A stretch of DNA of 64,000 nt, taken from assembly GCF_009914755.1 (NCBI RefSeq), contig NC_060947.1. One strand, 5' to 3'. The notes under the pieces were generated by a model, which saw only the letters and a program-made list of their open reading frames with translations, made no database searches and was not told where the DNA came from. The first letter of the stretch is position 1. Every line of letters starts with the position of its first letter. The translations under genes were made by a program, and so were the position numbers. Shown here piece after piece: positions 1 through 10,200 of this stretch. Source of the stretch: the human T2T-CHM13v2.0 reference genome, Homo sapiens.

Positions 1-1
1 T

Positions 2-18
2 ACCCGTTTCGAACGAAG
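2..18 (-). promoter_or_regulatory. CENP-B box variant retaining all 9 essential bases; repeated in each HOR
   Basis: ACCCGTTTCGAACGAAG; its reverse complement CTTCGTTCGAAACGGGT fits nTTCGnnnnAnnCGGGn. Confidence 0.8.
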
Positions 19-168
19 GCCACCCAGTGGTCCAAATATCCACTTGCAGATTATACAGAAAGAGTGTTTCGAACCTGAACTCTCAAAGGAAGGTTCATCT
101 CTGCGAGTTAAATGCATTCATCATGAAGAACTTTCTCAGAGTGTTTGTGTTTAGTTATGGGAAATTAT

Positions 169-185
169 TCCCGTTTCCAACGAAA
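169..185 (-). promoter_or_regulatory. Canonical CENP-B box; repeated in each HOR
   Basis: TCCCGTTTCCAACGAAA is the reverse complement of TTTCGTTGGAAACGGGA (consensus YTTCGTTGGAARCGGGA). Confidence 0.95.
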
Positions 186-510
186 TCCTCAGAGAGCTCC
201 AAATATCCACCTGCAGATTCTACCAAAAGTGTATTTGGAAACTGCTCCATCAAAAGGCATGTTCAGCTCTGTCAGTGAAACTCCATCATCACAAAGAATA
301 TTCTGAGAATGCTTCCGTTTGCCTTTTATATGAAGTTCCTTCCTGTACTACCGTAGGCCTCAAAGCAGTCCAAATCTCCATTTGCAGATTCTACAAAAAG
401 AGTGATTCCAATCTGCTGTATCAATAGGATTGTTCAACTCCATGAGTTGAATGCCATCCTCACAAAGTCGTTTCTGAGAATGCTTCTATCTGGTTTTTGT
501 GTGAAGATAT

Positions 511-527
511 TTCCTTTTCCACCACAG
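511..527 (+). promoter_or_regulatory. pJalpha/A-box-like motif of an A-type monomer
   Basis: TTCCTTTTCCACCACAG versus the recalled pJalpha motif TTCCTTTTYCACCRTAG (1 mismatch); it occupies the box position. Confidence 0.6.
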
Positions 528-681
528 GCCTCAAAGCCCTCCAAACGTCCACTTGCAGATTCTCGAAAAAGAGTGTTTCATAGCTGCTCTTTCAAAAGGA
601 AAGTTCAACTCTGGGAGTTGAATACAAACATCACAAAATAGTTTCCGAGAATGCTTCTGTTTAGTTTTTATGTGAAGATGA

Positions 682-698
682 TCCCGTTTCCAGTGAAA
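682..698 (-). other. Degenerate CENP-B box, predicted non-binding
   Basis: TCCCGTTTCCAGTGAAA lacks the essential TTCG (it reads TTCA on the minus strand). Confidence 0.75.
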
Positions 699-852
699 TC
701 TTCAAAGAGGTCCACATATCCCCTTGCAGATTCCAAAGAAAGAGGGTTTAAAAACTGCTCCATCAGAAGGATTGTTCAACTCTGTGAGTTCAATGCAGTC
801 ATCGCAGAAATCTTTCTGAGAATGCTTCTGTCTAGGTTTGATGTGAAGATAT

Positions 853-869
853 AGACGTTTCAAACGAAG
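853..869 (-). other. Degenerate CENP-B box, predicted non-binding
   Basis: AGACGTTTCAAACGAAG: CGGG is replaced by CGTC on the minus strand. Confidence 0.75.
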
Positions 870-1019
870 GCTACAAAGTGGTCAAAATATACACTTGCAG
901 ATTCTACTACAAGGGTGTTGCAAACCTGAACTATCAAAGGAAGTTTCAACTCTGTGAATTGAATACAAACATCACAAAGAATGTTCTGAGTTTGCTTCCG
1001 TTCAGTTATGGGAAGTTGA

Positions 1020-1036
1020 TCCCGTTTCCAACGAAA
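1020..1036 (-). promoter_or_regulatory. Canonical CENP-B box; repeated in each full HOR
   Basis: TCCCGTTTCCAACGAAA, exact match. Confidence 0.95.
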
Positions 1037-1530
1037 TCCTCAGAGAGGTCCAAATATCCCCTCGCAGATTCTACAAAACGTGTGTTTGGAAACTGCTCCA
1101 TCATAACGAATGTTCAGCTCCCTGAGTTAAACTCCATCGTCACAAAGAATTTTCTGAGAGTGCTACCGTCTGGTTTTTATATGAAGTTCTTTCCTTCACT
1201 ACCACAGGCCTCAAAGCGGTCCAAATCTCCACTTGCAGATTCTACAAAAAGAGTGTTTGCAAACTGCTCTATCAAAAGGAATGTTCAACTCTGGGAGTTG
1301 AATGCAATCATCACAGAGCAGTTTCTGAGAATGCTTCTATGTCGTTTTTAGGAGAAGATATTTCCTTTTCCAACACAGTCCTCCAAGCCCGCTAAATAGC
1401 CACTTGCACATTTTAGAAAAAGTGTGTCAAAGCTGCGCTATCAAAGGGAAAGTTCAACTCTGTGAGGTGAATGCAAACATCCCAAAGAAGTTTCTGAGAA
1501 TGCTTCCGTTTAGCTTTTAGGTGAAGATTA

Positions 1531-1547
1531 TCCCGTTTCCAACGAAA
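1531..1547 (-). promoter_or_regulatory. Canonical CENP-B box; repeated in each HOR
   Basis: TCCCGTTTCCAACGAAA, exact match. Confidence 0.95.
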
Positions 1548-1700
1548 CCTTCAAAGAGGTCCAAATATCCCCTTGCGGATCCCACAGAAAGAGTGTTTCG
1601 AAACTGCTGTTTCAAAAGGAATCTTCAACTCTGTGAGTTGAATGCAATCATCACAAAGAAGTTTCTGACAATGCTTCTCTCTCGTCTTTCTGTGAAGATA

Positions 1701-1743
1701 AAGGAAAAGGCTTTCAGGCCTTTTCCACCACAGGCCTGAAAGC
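1701..1743. repeat. Overlapping inverted repeats in the long (~186-bp) monomer, once per HOR
   Basis: GCTTTCAGGCCT (1710-1721) pairs with AGGCCTGAAAGC (1732-1743). GGAAAAGGC (1703-1711) pairs with GCCTTTTCC (1718-1726). Confidence 0.9.
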
Positions 1744-1887
1744 GCTCCAAATGTCCACTTGCAGATTCTGCGAAAAGAATATTTCAAAACTGCTCTATGA
1801 AAAGCAATGTTAAACTCTGTGGCTGGAACACAAACATCACAAAGCGGTTTCTGAGAATGTTTCAGTTTAGTTTTTCTGTGGAAATAT

Positions 1888-1904
1888 TCCCGTTTCCAAA
1901 GAAA
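1888..1904 (-). other. Degenerate CENP-B box, predicted non-binding
   Basis: TCCCGTTTCCAAAGAAA: TTCG is replaced by TTCT on the minus strand. Confidence 0.75.
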
Positions 1905-4900
1905 TCTTCAAAGAGGTCCACGTATCCACTTACAGATTCTACAAAAAGACAGTTTCAAAACTGCTCCATCAAAAGGAGGGTTCAACTGTGTGACTTGAAT
2001 GCAATCATCACTCAGAAGTTTCTGAGAATGCTTCTCTTTAGTTTTTACGTGAACATATACCCGTTTCGAACGAAGGCCACCCAGTGGTCCAAATATCCAC
2101 TTGCAGATTATACAGAAAGAGTGTTTCGAACCTGAACTCTCAAAGGCAGGTTCATCTCTGCGAGTTAAATGCATTCATCATGAAGAACTTTCTCAGAGTG
2201 TTTGTGCTTAGTTATGGGAAATTATTCCCGTTTCCAACGAAATCCTCAGAGTGGTCCAAATATCCACCTGCAGATTCTACCAAAAGTGTATTTGGAAACT
2301 GCTCCATCAAAAGGCATGTTCAGCTCTGTGAGTGAAACTCCATCATCACAAAGAATATTCTGAGAATGCTTCCGTTTGCCTTTTATCTGAAGTTCCTTCC
2401 TATACGACCGTAGGCCTCAAAGCAGTCCAAATCTCCATTTGCAGATTCTACAAAAAGAGTGATTCCAATCTGCTCTATCAATAGGATTGTTCAACTCCAT
2501 GAGTTGAATGCCATCCTCACAAAGTCGTTTCTGAGAATGCTTCTATCTAGTTTTTATGTGAAGATATTTCCTTTTCCACCACAGGCCTCAAAGCCCTCCA
2601 AACGTCCACTTGCAGATTCTCGAAAAAGAGTGTTTCATAGCTGCTCTTTCAAAAGGAAAGTTCAACTCTGGCAGTTGAATACAAACATCACAAAGTAGTT
2701 TCCGAGAATGCTTCTGTTTAGTTTTTATGTGAAGATGATCCCGTTTCCAGTGAAATCTTCAAAGAGGTCCACATATCCCCTTGCAGATTCCAAAGAAAGA
2801 GGGTTTCAAAACTGCTCCATCAGAAGGATTGTTCAACTCTGTGAGTTGAATGCAGTCATCGCAGAAAACTTTCTGAGAATGCTTCTGTCTAGGTTTGATG
2901 TGAAGATATAGATGTTTCAAACGAAGGCTACAAAGTGGTCAAAATATACACTTGCAGATTCTACTACAAGGGTGTTGCAAACCTGAACTATCAAAGGAAG
3001 GTTCAACTCTGTGAGTTGAATACAAACATCACAAAGAATGTTCTGAGTTTGCTTCCGTTCAGTTATGGGAAGTTGATCCCGTTTCCAACGAAATCCTCAG
3101 AGAGGTCCAAATATCCCCTTGCAGATTCTACAAAACGTGTGTTTGGAATCTGCTCCATCGTAACGAATGTTCAGCTCCCTGAGTTAAACTCCATCGTCAC
3201 AAAGAATTTTCTGAGAGTGCTACCGTCTGGTTTTTATATGAAGTTCTTTCCTTCACTACCACAGGCCTCAAAGCGGTCCAAATCTCCACTTGCAGATTCT
3301 ACAAAAAGAGTGTTTGCAAACTGCTCTATCAAAAGGAATGTTCAACTCTGGGAGTTGAATGCAATCATCACAGAGCAGTTTCTGAGAATCCTTCTATGTC
3401 GTTTTTAGGAGAAGATATTTCCTTTTCCAACACAGTCCTCCAAGCCCGCTAAATAGCCACTTGCACATTGTAGAAAAAGTGTGTCAAAGCTGCGCTATCA
3501 AAGGGAAAGTTCAACTCTGTGAGGTGAATGCAAACATCCCAAAGAAGTTTCTGAGAATGCTTCCGTTTAGCTTTTAGGTGAAGATTATCCCGTTTCCAAC
3601 GAAACCTTCAAAGAGGTCCAAATATCCCCTTGCGGATCCCACAGAAAGAGTGTTTCGAAACTGCTGTTTCAAAAGGAATCTTCAACTCTGTGAGTTGAAT
3701 GCAATCATCACAAAGAAGTTTCTGACAATGCTTCTCTCTCGTCTTTCTGTGAAGATAAAGGAAAAGGCTTTCAGGCCTTTGCCACCACAGGCCTGAAAGC
3801 GCTCCAAATGTCCACTTGCAGATTCTGCCAAAAGAATATTTCAAAACTGCTCTATGAAAAGCAATGTTAAACTCTGTGGCTGGAACACAAACATCACAAA
3901 GCGGTTTGTGAGAATGTTTCAGTTTAGTTTTTCTGTGGAAATATTCCCGTTTCCAAAGAAATCTTCAAAGAGGTCCACGTATCCACTTACAGATTCTACA
4001 AAAAGACAGTTTCAAAACTGCTCAATCAAAAGGAGGGTTCAACTGTGTGACTTGAATGCAATCATCACTCAGAAGTTTCTGAGAATGCTTCTCTTTAGTT
4101 TTTACGTGAACATATACCCGTTTCGAACGAAGGCCACCCAGTGGTCCAAATATCCACTTGCAGATTATACAGAAAGAGTGTTTCGAACCTGAACTCTCAA
4201 AGGCAGGTTCATCTCTGCGAGTTAAATGCATTCATCATGAAGAACTTTCTCAGAGTGTTTGTGTTTAGTTATGGGAAATTATTCCCGTTTCCAACGAAAT
4301 CCTCAGAGAGCTCCAAATATCCACCTGCAGATTCTACCAAAAGTGTATTTGGAAACTGCTCCATCAAAAGGCATGTTCAGCTCTGTGAGTGAAACTCCAT
4401 CATCACAAAGAATATTCTGAGAATGCTTCCGTTTGCCTTTTATATGAAGTTCCTTCCTGTACTACCGTAGGCCTCAAAGCAGTCCAAATCTCCATTTGCA
4501 GATTCTACAAAAAGAGTGATTCCAATCTGCTCTATCAATAGGATTGTTCAACTCCATGAGTTGAATGCCATCCTCACAAAGTCGTTTCTGAGAATGCTTC
4601 TATCTGGTTTTTGTGTGAAGATATTTCCTTTTCCACCACAGGCCTCAAAGCCCTCCAAACGTCCACTTGCAGATTCTCGAAAAAGAGTGTTTCATAGCTG
4701 CTCTTTCAAAAGGAAAGTTCAACTCTGGGAGTTGAATACAAACATCACAAAATAGTTTCCGAGAATGCTTCTGTTTAGTTTTTATGTGAAGATGATCCCG
4801 TTTCCAGTGAAATCTTCAAAGAGGTCCACATATCCCATTGCAGATTCCAAAGAAAGAGGGTTTCAAAACTGCTCCATCAGAAGGATTGTTCAACTCTGTG

Positions 4901-6171
4901 AGTTGAATGCAGTCATCGCAGAAAACTTTCTGAGAATGCTTCTGTCTAGGTTTGATGTGAAGATATAGACGTTTCAAACGAAGGCTACAAAGTGGTCAAA
5001 ATATACACTTGCAGATTCTACTACAAGGGTGTTGCAAACCTGAACTATCAAAGGAAGGTTCAACTCTGTGAATTGAATACAAACATCACAAAGAATGTTC
5101 TGAGTTTGCTTCCGTTCAGTTATGGGAAGTTGATCCCGTTTCCAACGAAATCCTCAGAGAGGTCCAAATATCCCCTCGCAGATTCTACAAAACGTGTGTT
5201 TGGAAACTGCTCCATCATAACGAATGTTCAGCTCCCTGAGTTAAACTCCATCGTCACAAAGAATTTTCTGAGAGTGCTACCGTCTGGTTTTTATATGAAG
5301 TTCTTTCCTTCACTACCACAGGCCTCAAAGCGGTCCAAATCTCCACTTGCAGATTCTACAAAAAGAGTGTTTGCAAACTGCTCTATCAAAAGGAATGTTC
5401 AACTCTGGGAGTTGAATGCAATCATCACAGAGCAGTTTCTGAGAATGCTTCTATGTCGTTTTTAGGAGAAGATATTTCCTTTTCCAACACAGTCCTCCAA
5501 GCCCGCTAAATAGCCACTTGCACATTGTAGAAAAAGTGTGTCAAAGCTGCGCTATCAAAGGGAAAGTTCAACTCTGTGAGGTGAATGCAAACATCCCAAA
5601 GAAGTTTCTGAGAATGCTTCCGTTTAGCTTTTAGGTGAAGATTATCCCGTTTCCAACGAAACCTTCAAAGAGGTCCAAATATCCCCTTGCGGATCCCACA
5701 GAAAGAGTGTTTCGAAACTGCTGTTTCAAAAGGAATCTTCAACTCTGTGAGTTGAATGCAATCATCACAAAGAAGTTTCTGACAATGCTTCTCTCTCGTC
5801 TTTCTGTGAAGATAAAGGAAAAGGCTTTCAGGCCTTTTCCACCACAGGCCTGAAAGCGCTCCAAATGTCCACTTGCAGATTCTGCGAAAAGAATATTTCA
5901 AAACTGCTCTATGAAAAGCAATGTTAAACTCTGTGGCTGGAACACAAACATCACAAAGCGGTTTCTGAGAATGTTTCAGTTTAGTTTTTCTGTGGAAATA
6001 TTCCCGTTTCCAAAGAAATCTTCAAAGAGGTCCACGTATCCACTTACAGATTCTACAAAAAGACAGTTTCAAAACTGCTCCATCAAAAGGAGGGTTCAAC
6101 TGTGTGACTTGAATGCAATCATCACTCAGAAGTTTCTGAGAATGCTTCTCTTTAGTTTTTACGTGAACATA

Positions 6172-7206
6172 TACCCGTTTCGAACGAAGGCCACCCAGTG
6201 GTCCAAATATCCACTTGCAGATTATACAGAAAGAGTGTTTCGAACCTGAACTCTCAAAGGCAGGTTCATCTCTGCGAGTTAAATGCATTCATCATGAAGA
6301 ACTTTCTCAGAGTGTTTGTGCTTAGTTATGGGAAATTATTCCCGTTTCCAACGAAATCCTCAGAGTGGTCCAAATATCCACCTGCAGATTCTACCAAAAG
6401 TGTATTTGCAAACTGCTCTATCAAAAGGAATGTTCAACTCTGGGAGTTGAATGCAATCATCACAGAGCAGTTTCTGAGAATGCTTCTATGTCGTTTTTAG
6501 GAGAAGATATTTCCTTTTCCAACACAGTCCTCCAAGCCCGCTAAATAGCCACTTGCACATTGTAGAAAAAGTGTGTCAAAGCTGCGCTATCAAAGGGAAA
6601 GTTCAACTCTGTGAGGTGAATGCAAACATCCCAAAGAAGTTTCTGAGAATGCTTCCGTTTAGCTTTTAGGTGAAGATTATCCCGTTTCCAACGAAACCTT
6701 CAAAGAGGTCCAAATATCCCCTTGCGGATCCCACAGAAAGAGTGTTTCGAAACTGCTGTTTCAAAAGGAATCTTCAACTCTGTGAGTTGAATGCAATCAT
6801 CACAAAGAAGTTTCTGACAATGCTTCTCTCTCGTCTTTCTGTGAAGATAAAGGAAAAGGCTTTCAGGCCTTTTCCACCACAGGCCTGAAAGCGCTCCAAA
6901 TGTCCACTTGCAGATTCTGCCAAAAGAATATTTCAAAACTGCTCTATGAAAAGCAATGTTAAACTCTGTGGCTGGAACACAAACATCACAAAGCGGTTTC
7001 TGAGAATGTTTCAGTTTAGTTTTTTTGTGGAAATATTCCCGTTTCCAAAGAAATCTTCAAAGAGGTCCACGTATCCACTTACAGATTCTACAAAAAGACA
7101 GTTTCAAAACTGCTCCATCAAAAGGAGGGTTCAACTGTGTGACTTGAATGCAATCATCACTCAGAAGTTTCTGAGAATGCTTCTCTTTAGTTTTTACGTG
7201 AACATA
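6172..7206 (-). repeat. Variant 6-monomer HOR (1035 bp) containing a hybrid monomer
   Basis: The period drops to 1035 (ORF starts 6198 to 7233; BamHI 5691 to 6726). The junction AAAAGTGTA-TTTG-CAAACTGCTCTATC at 6405-6408 skips 1022 bp of the HOR. Confidence 0.95.
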
Positions 7207-10200
7207 TACCCGTTTCGAACGAAGGCCACCCAGTGGTCCAAATATCCACTTGCAGATTATACAGAAAGAGTGTTTCGAACCTGAACTCTCAAAGGCAGGT
7301 TCATCTCTGCGAGTTAAATGCATTCATCATGAAGAACTTTCTCAGAGTGTTTGTGCTTAGTTATGGGAAATTATTCCCGTTTCCAACGAAATCCTCAGAG
7401 TGGTCCAAATATCCACCTGCAGATTCTACCAAAAGTGTATTTGGAAACTGCTCCATCAAAAGGCATGTTCAGCTCTGTGAGTGAAACTCCATCATCACAA
7501 AGAATATTCTGAGAATGCTTCCGTTTGCCTTTTATCTGAAGTTCCTTCCTATACGACCGTAGGCCTCAAAGCAGTCCAAATCTCCATTTGCAGATTCTAC
7601 AAAAAGAGTGATTCCAATCTGCTCTATCAATAGGATTGTTCAACTCCATGAGTTGAATGCCATCCTCACAAAGTCGTTTCTGAGAATGCTTCTATCTAGT
7701 TTTTATGTGAAGATATTTCCTTTTCCACCACAGGCCTCAAAGCCCTCCAAACGTCCACTTGCAGATTCTCGAAAAAGAGTGTTTTATAGCTGCTCTTTCA
7801 AAAGGAAAGTTCAACTCTGGGAGTTGAATACAAACATCACAAAGTAGTTTCCGAGAATGCTTCTGTTTAGTTTTTATGTGAAGATGATCCCGTTTCCAGT
7901 GAAATCTTCAAAGAGGTCCACATATCCCCTTGCAGATTCCAAAGAAAGAGGGTTTCAAAACTGCTCCATCAGAAGGATTGTTCAACTCTGTGAGTTGAAT
8001 GCAGTCATCGCAGAAAACTTTCTGAGAATGCTTCTGTCTAGGTTTGATGTGAAGATATAGATGTTTCAAACGAAGGCTACAAAGTGGTCAAAATATACAC
8101 TTGCAGATTCTACTACAAGGGTGTTGCAAACCTGAACTATCAAAGGAAGGTTCAACTCTGTGAGTTGAATACAAACATCACAAAGAATGTTCTGAGTTTG
8201 CTTCCGTTCAGTTATGGGAAGTTGATCCCGTTTCCAACGAAATCCTCAGAGAGGTCCAAATATCCCCTTGCAGATTCTACAAAACGTGTGTTTGGAAACT
8301 GCTCCATCATAACGAATGTTCAGCTCCCTGAGTTAAACTCCATCGTCACAAAGAATTTTCTGAGAGTGCTACCGTCTGGTTTTTATATGAAGTTCTTTCC
8401 TTCACTACCACAGGCCTCAAAGCGGTCCAAATCTCCACTTGCAGATTCTACAAAAAGAGTGTTTGCAAACTGCTCTATCAAAAGGAATGTTCAACTCTGG
8501 GAATTGAATGCAATCATCACAGAGCAGTTTCTGAGAATGCTTCTATGTCGTTTTTAGGAGAAGATATTTCCTTTTCCAACACAGTCCTCCAAGCCCGCTA
8601 AATAGCCACTTGCACATTGTAGAAAAAGTGTGTCAAAGCTGCGCTATCAAAGGGAAAGTTCAACTCTGTGAGGTGAATGCAAACATCCCAAAGAAGTTTC
8701 TGAGAATGCTTCCGTTTAGCTTTTAGGTGAGGATTATCCCGTTTCCAACGAAACCTTCAAAGAGGTCCAAATATCCCCTTGCGGATCCCACAGAAAGAGT
8801 GTTTCGAAACTGCTGTTTCAAAAGGAATCTTCAACTCTGTGAGTTGAATGCAATCATCACAAAGAAGTTTCTGACAATGCTTCTCTCTCGTCTTTCTGTG
8901 AAGATAAAGGAAAAGGCTTTCAGGCCTTTTCCACCACAGGCCTGAAAGCGCTCCAAATGTCCACTTGCAGATTCTGCGAAAAGAATATTTCAAAACTGCT
9001 CTATGAAAAGCAATGTTAAACTCTGTGGCTCGAACACAAACATCACAAAGCGGTTTCTGAGAATGCTTCAGTTTAGTTTTTCTGTGGAAATATTCCCGTT
9101 TCCAAAGAAATCTTCAAAGAGGTCCACGTATCCACTTACAGATTCTACAAAAAGACAGTTTCAAAACTGCTCCATCAAAAGGAGGGTTCAACTGTGTGAC
9201 TTGAATGCAATCATCACTCAGAAGTTTCTGAGAATGCTTCTCTTTAGTTTTTACGTGAACATATACCCGTTTCGAACGAAGGCCACCCAGTGGTCCAAAT
9301 ATCCACTTGCAGATTCTACAGAAAGAGTGTTTCGAACCTGAACTCTCAAAGGCAGGTTCATCTCTGCGAGTTAAATGCATTCATCATGAAGAACTTTCTC
9401 AGAGTGTTTGTGTTTAGTTATGGGAAATTATTCCCGTTTCCAAAGAAATCCTCAGAGAGCTCCAAATATCCACCTGCAGATTCTACCAAAAGTGTATTTG
9501 GAAACTGCTCCATCAAAAGGCATGTTCAGCTCTGTGAGTGAAACTCCATCATCACAAAGTATATTCTGAGAATGCTTCCGTTTGCCTTTTATATGAAGTT
9601 CCTTCCTGTACTACCGTAGGCCTCAAAGCAGTCCAAATCTCCATTTGCAGATTCTACAAAAAGAGTGATTCCAATCTGCTCTATCAATAGGATTGTTCAA
9701 CTCCATGAGTTGAATGCCATCCTCACAAAGTAGTTTCTGAGAATGCTTCTATCTGGTTTTTGTGTGAAGATATTTCCTTTTCCACCACAGGCCTCAAAGC
9801 CCTCCAAACGTCCACTTGCAGATTCTCGAAAAAGAGTGTTTCATAGCTGCTCTTTCAAAAGGAAAGTTCAACTCTGGGAGTTGAATACAAACATCACAAA
9901 ATAGTTTCCGAGAATGCTTCAGTTTAGTTTTTATGTGAAGATGATCCCGTTTCCAGTGAAATCTTCAAAGAGGTCCACATATCCCCTTGCAGATTCCAAA
10001 GAAAGAGGGTTTCAAAACTGCTCCATCAGAAGGATTGTTCAACTCTGTGAGTTGAATGCAGTCATCGCAGAAAACTTTCTGAGAATGCTTCTGTCTAGGT
10101 TTGATGTGAAGATATAGATGTTTCAAACGAAGGCTACAAAGTGGTCAAAATATACACTTGCAGATTCTACTACAAGGGTGTTGCAAACCTGAACTATCAA

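Larger units (their letters stand above)
1..2057 (-). repeat. One reference 12-monomer HOR unit (phase arbitrary)
   Basis: Box-position segments start at about 2(B), 169(B), 340(A), 511(A), 682(B, degenerate), 853(B, degenerate), 1020(B), 1191(A), 1361(A), 1531(B), 1717(A, long monomer) and 1888(B, degenerate). Read cyclically from 1888 this is BBBAA BBBAA BA. Spacings include two 167-bp monomers and one of ~186 bp. Confidence 0.9.

Noticed and set aside
295-304. Short palindromes such as AGAATATTCT, TTCGAA and AGGCCT
   Set aside because: Only 6-10 bp with no loop; expected by chance in AT-rich DNA and much weaker than the 1703-1743 stems.
6198-6500. Apparent 100-aa fusion ORF
   Set aside because: By-product of the 6-mer HOR junction joining two pseudo-ORFs in frame.
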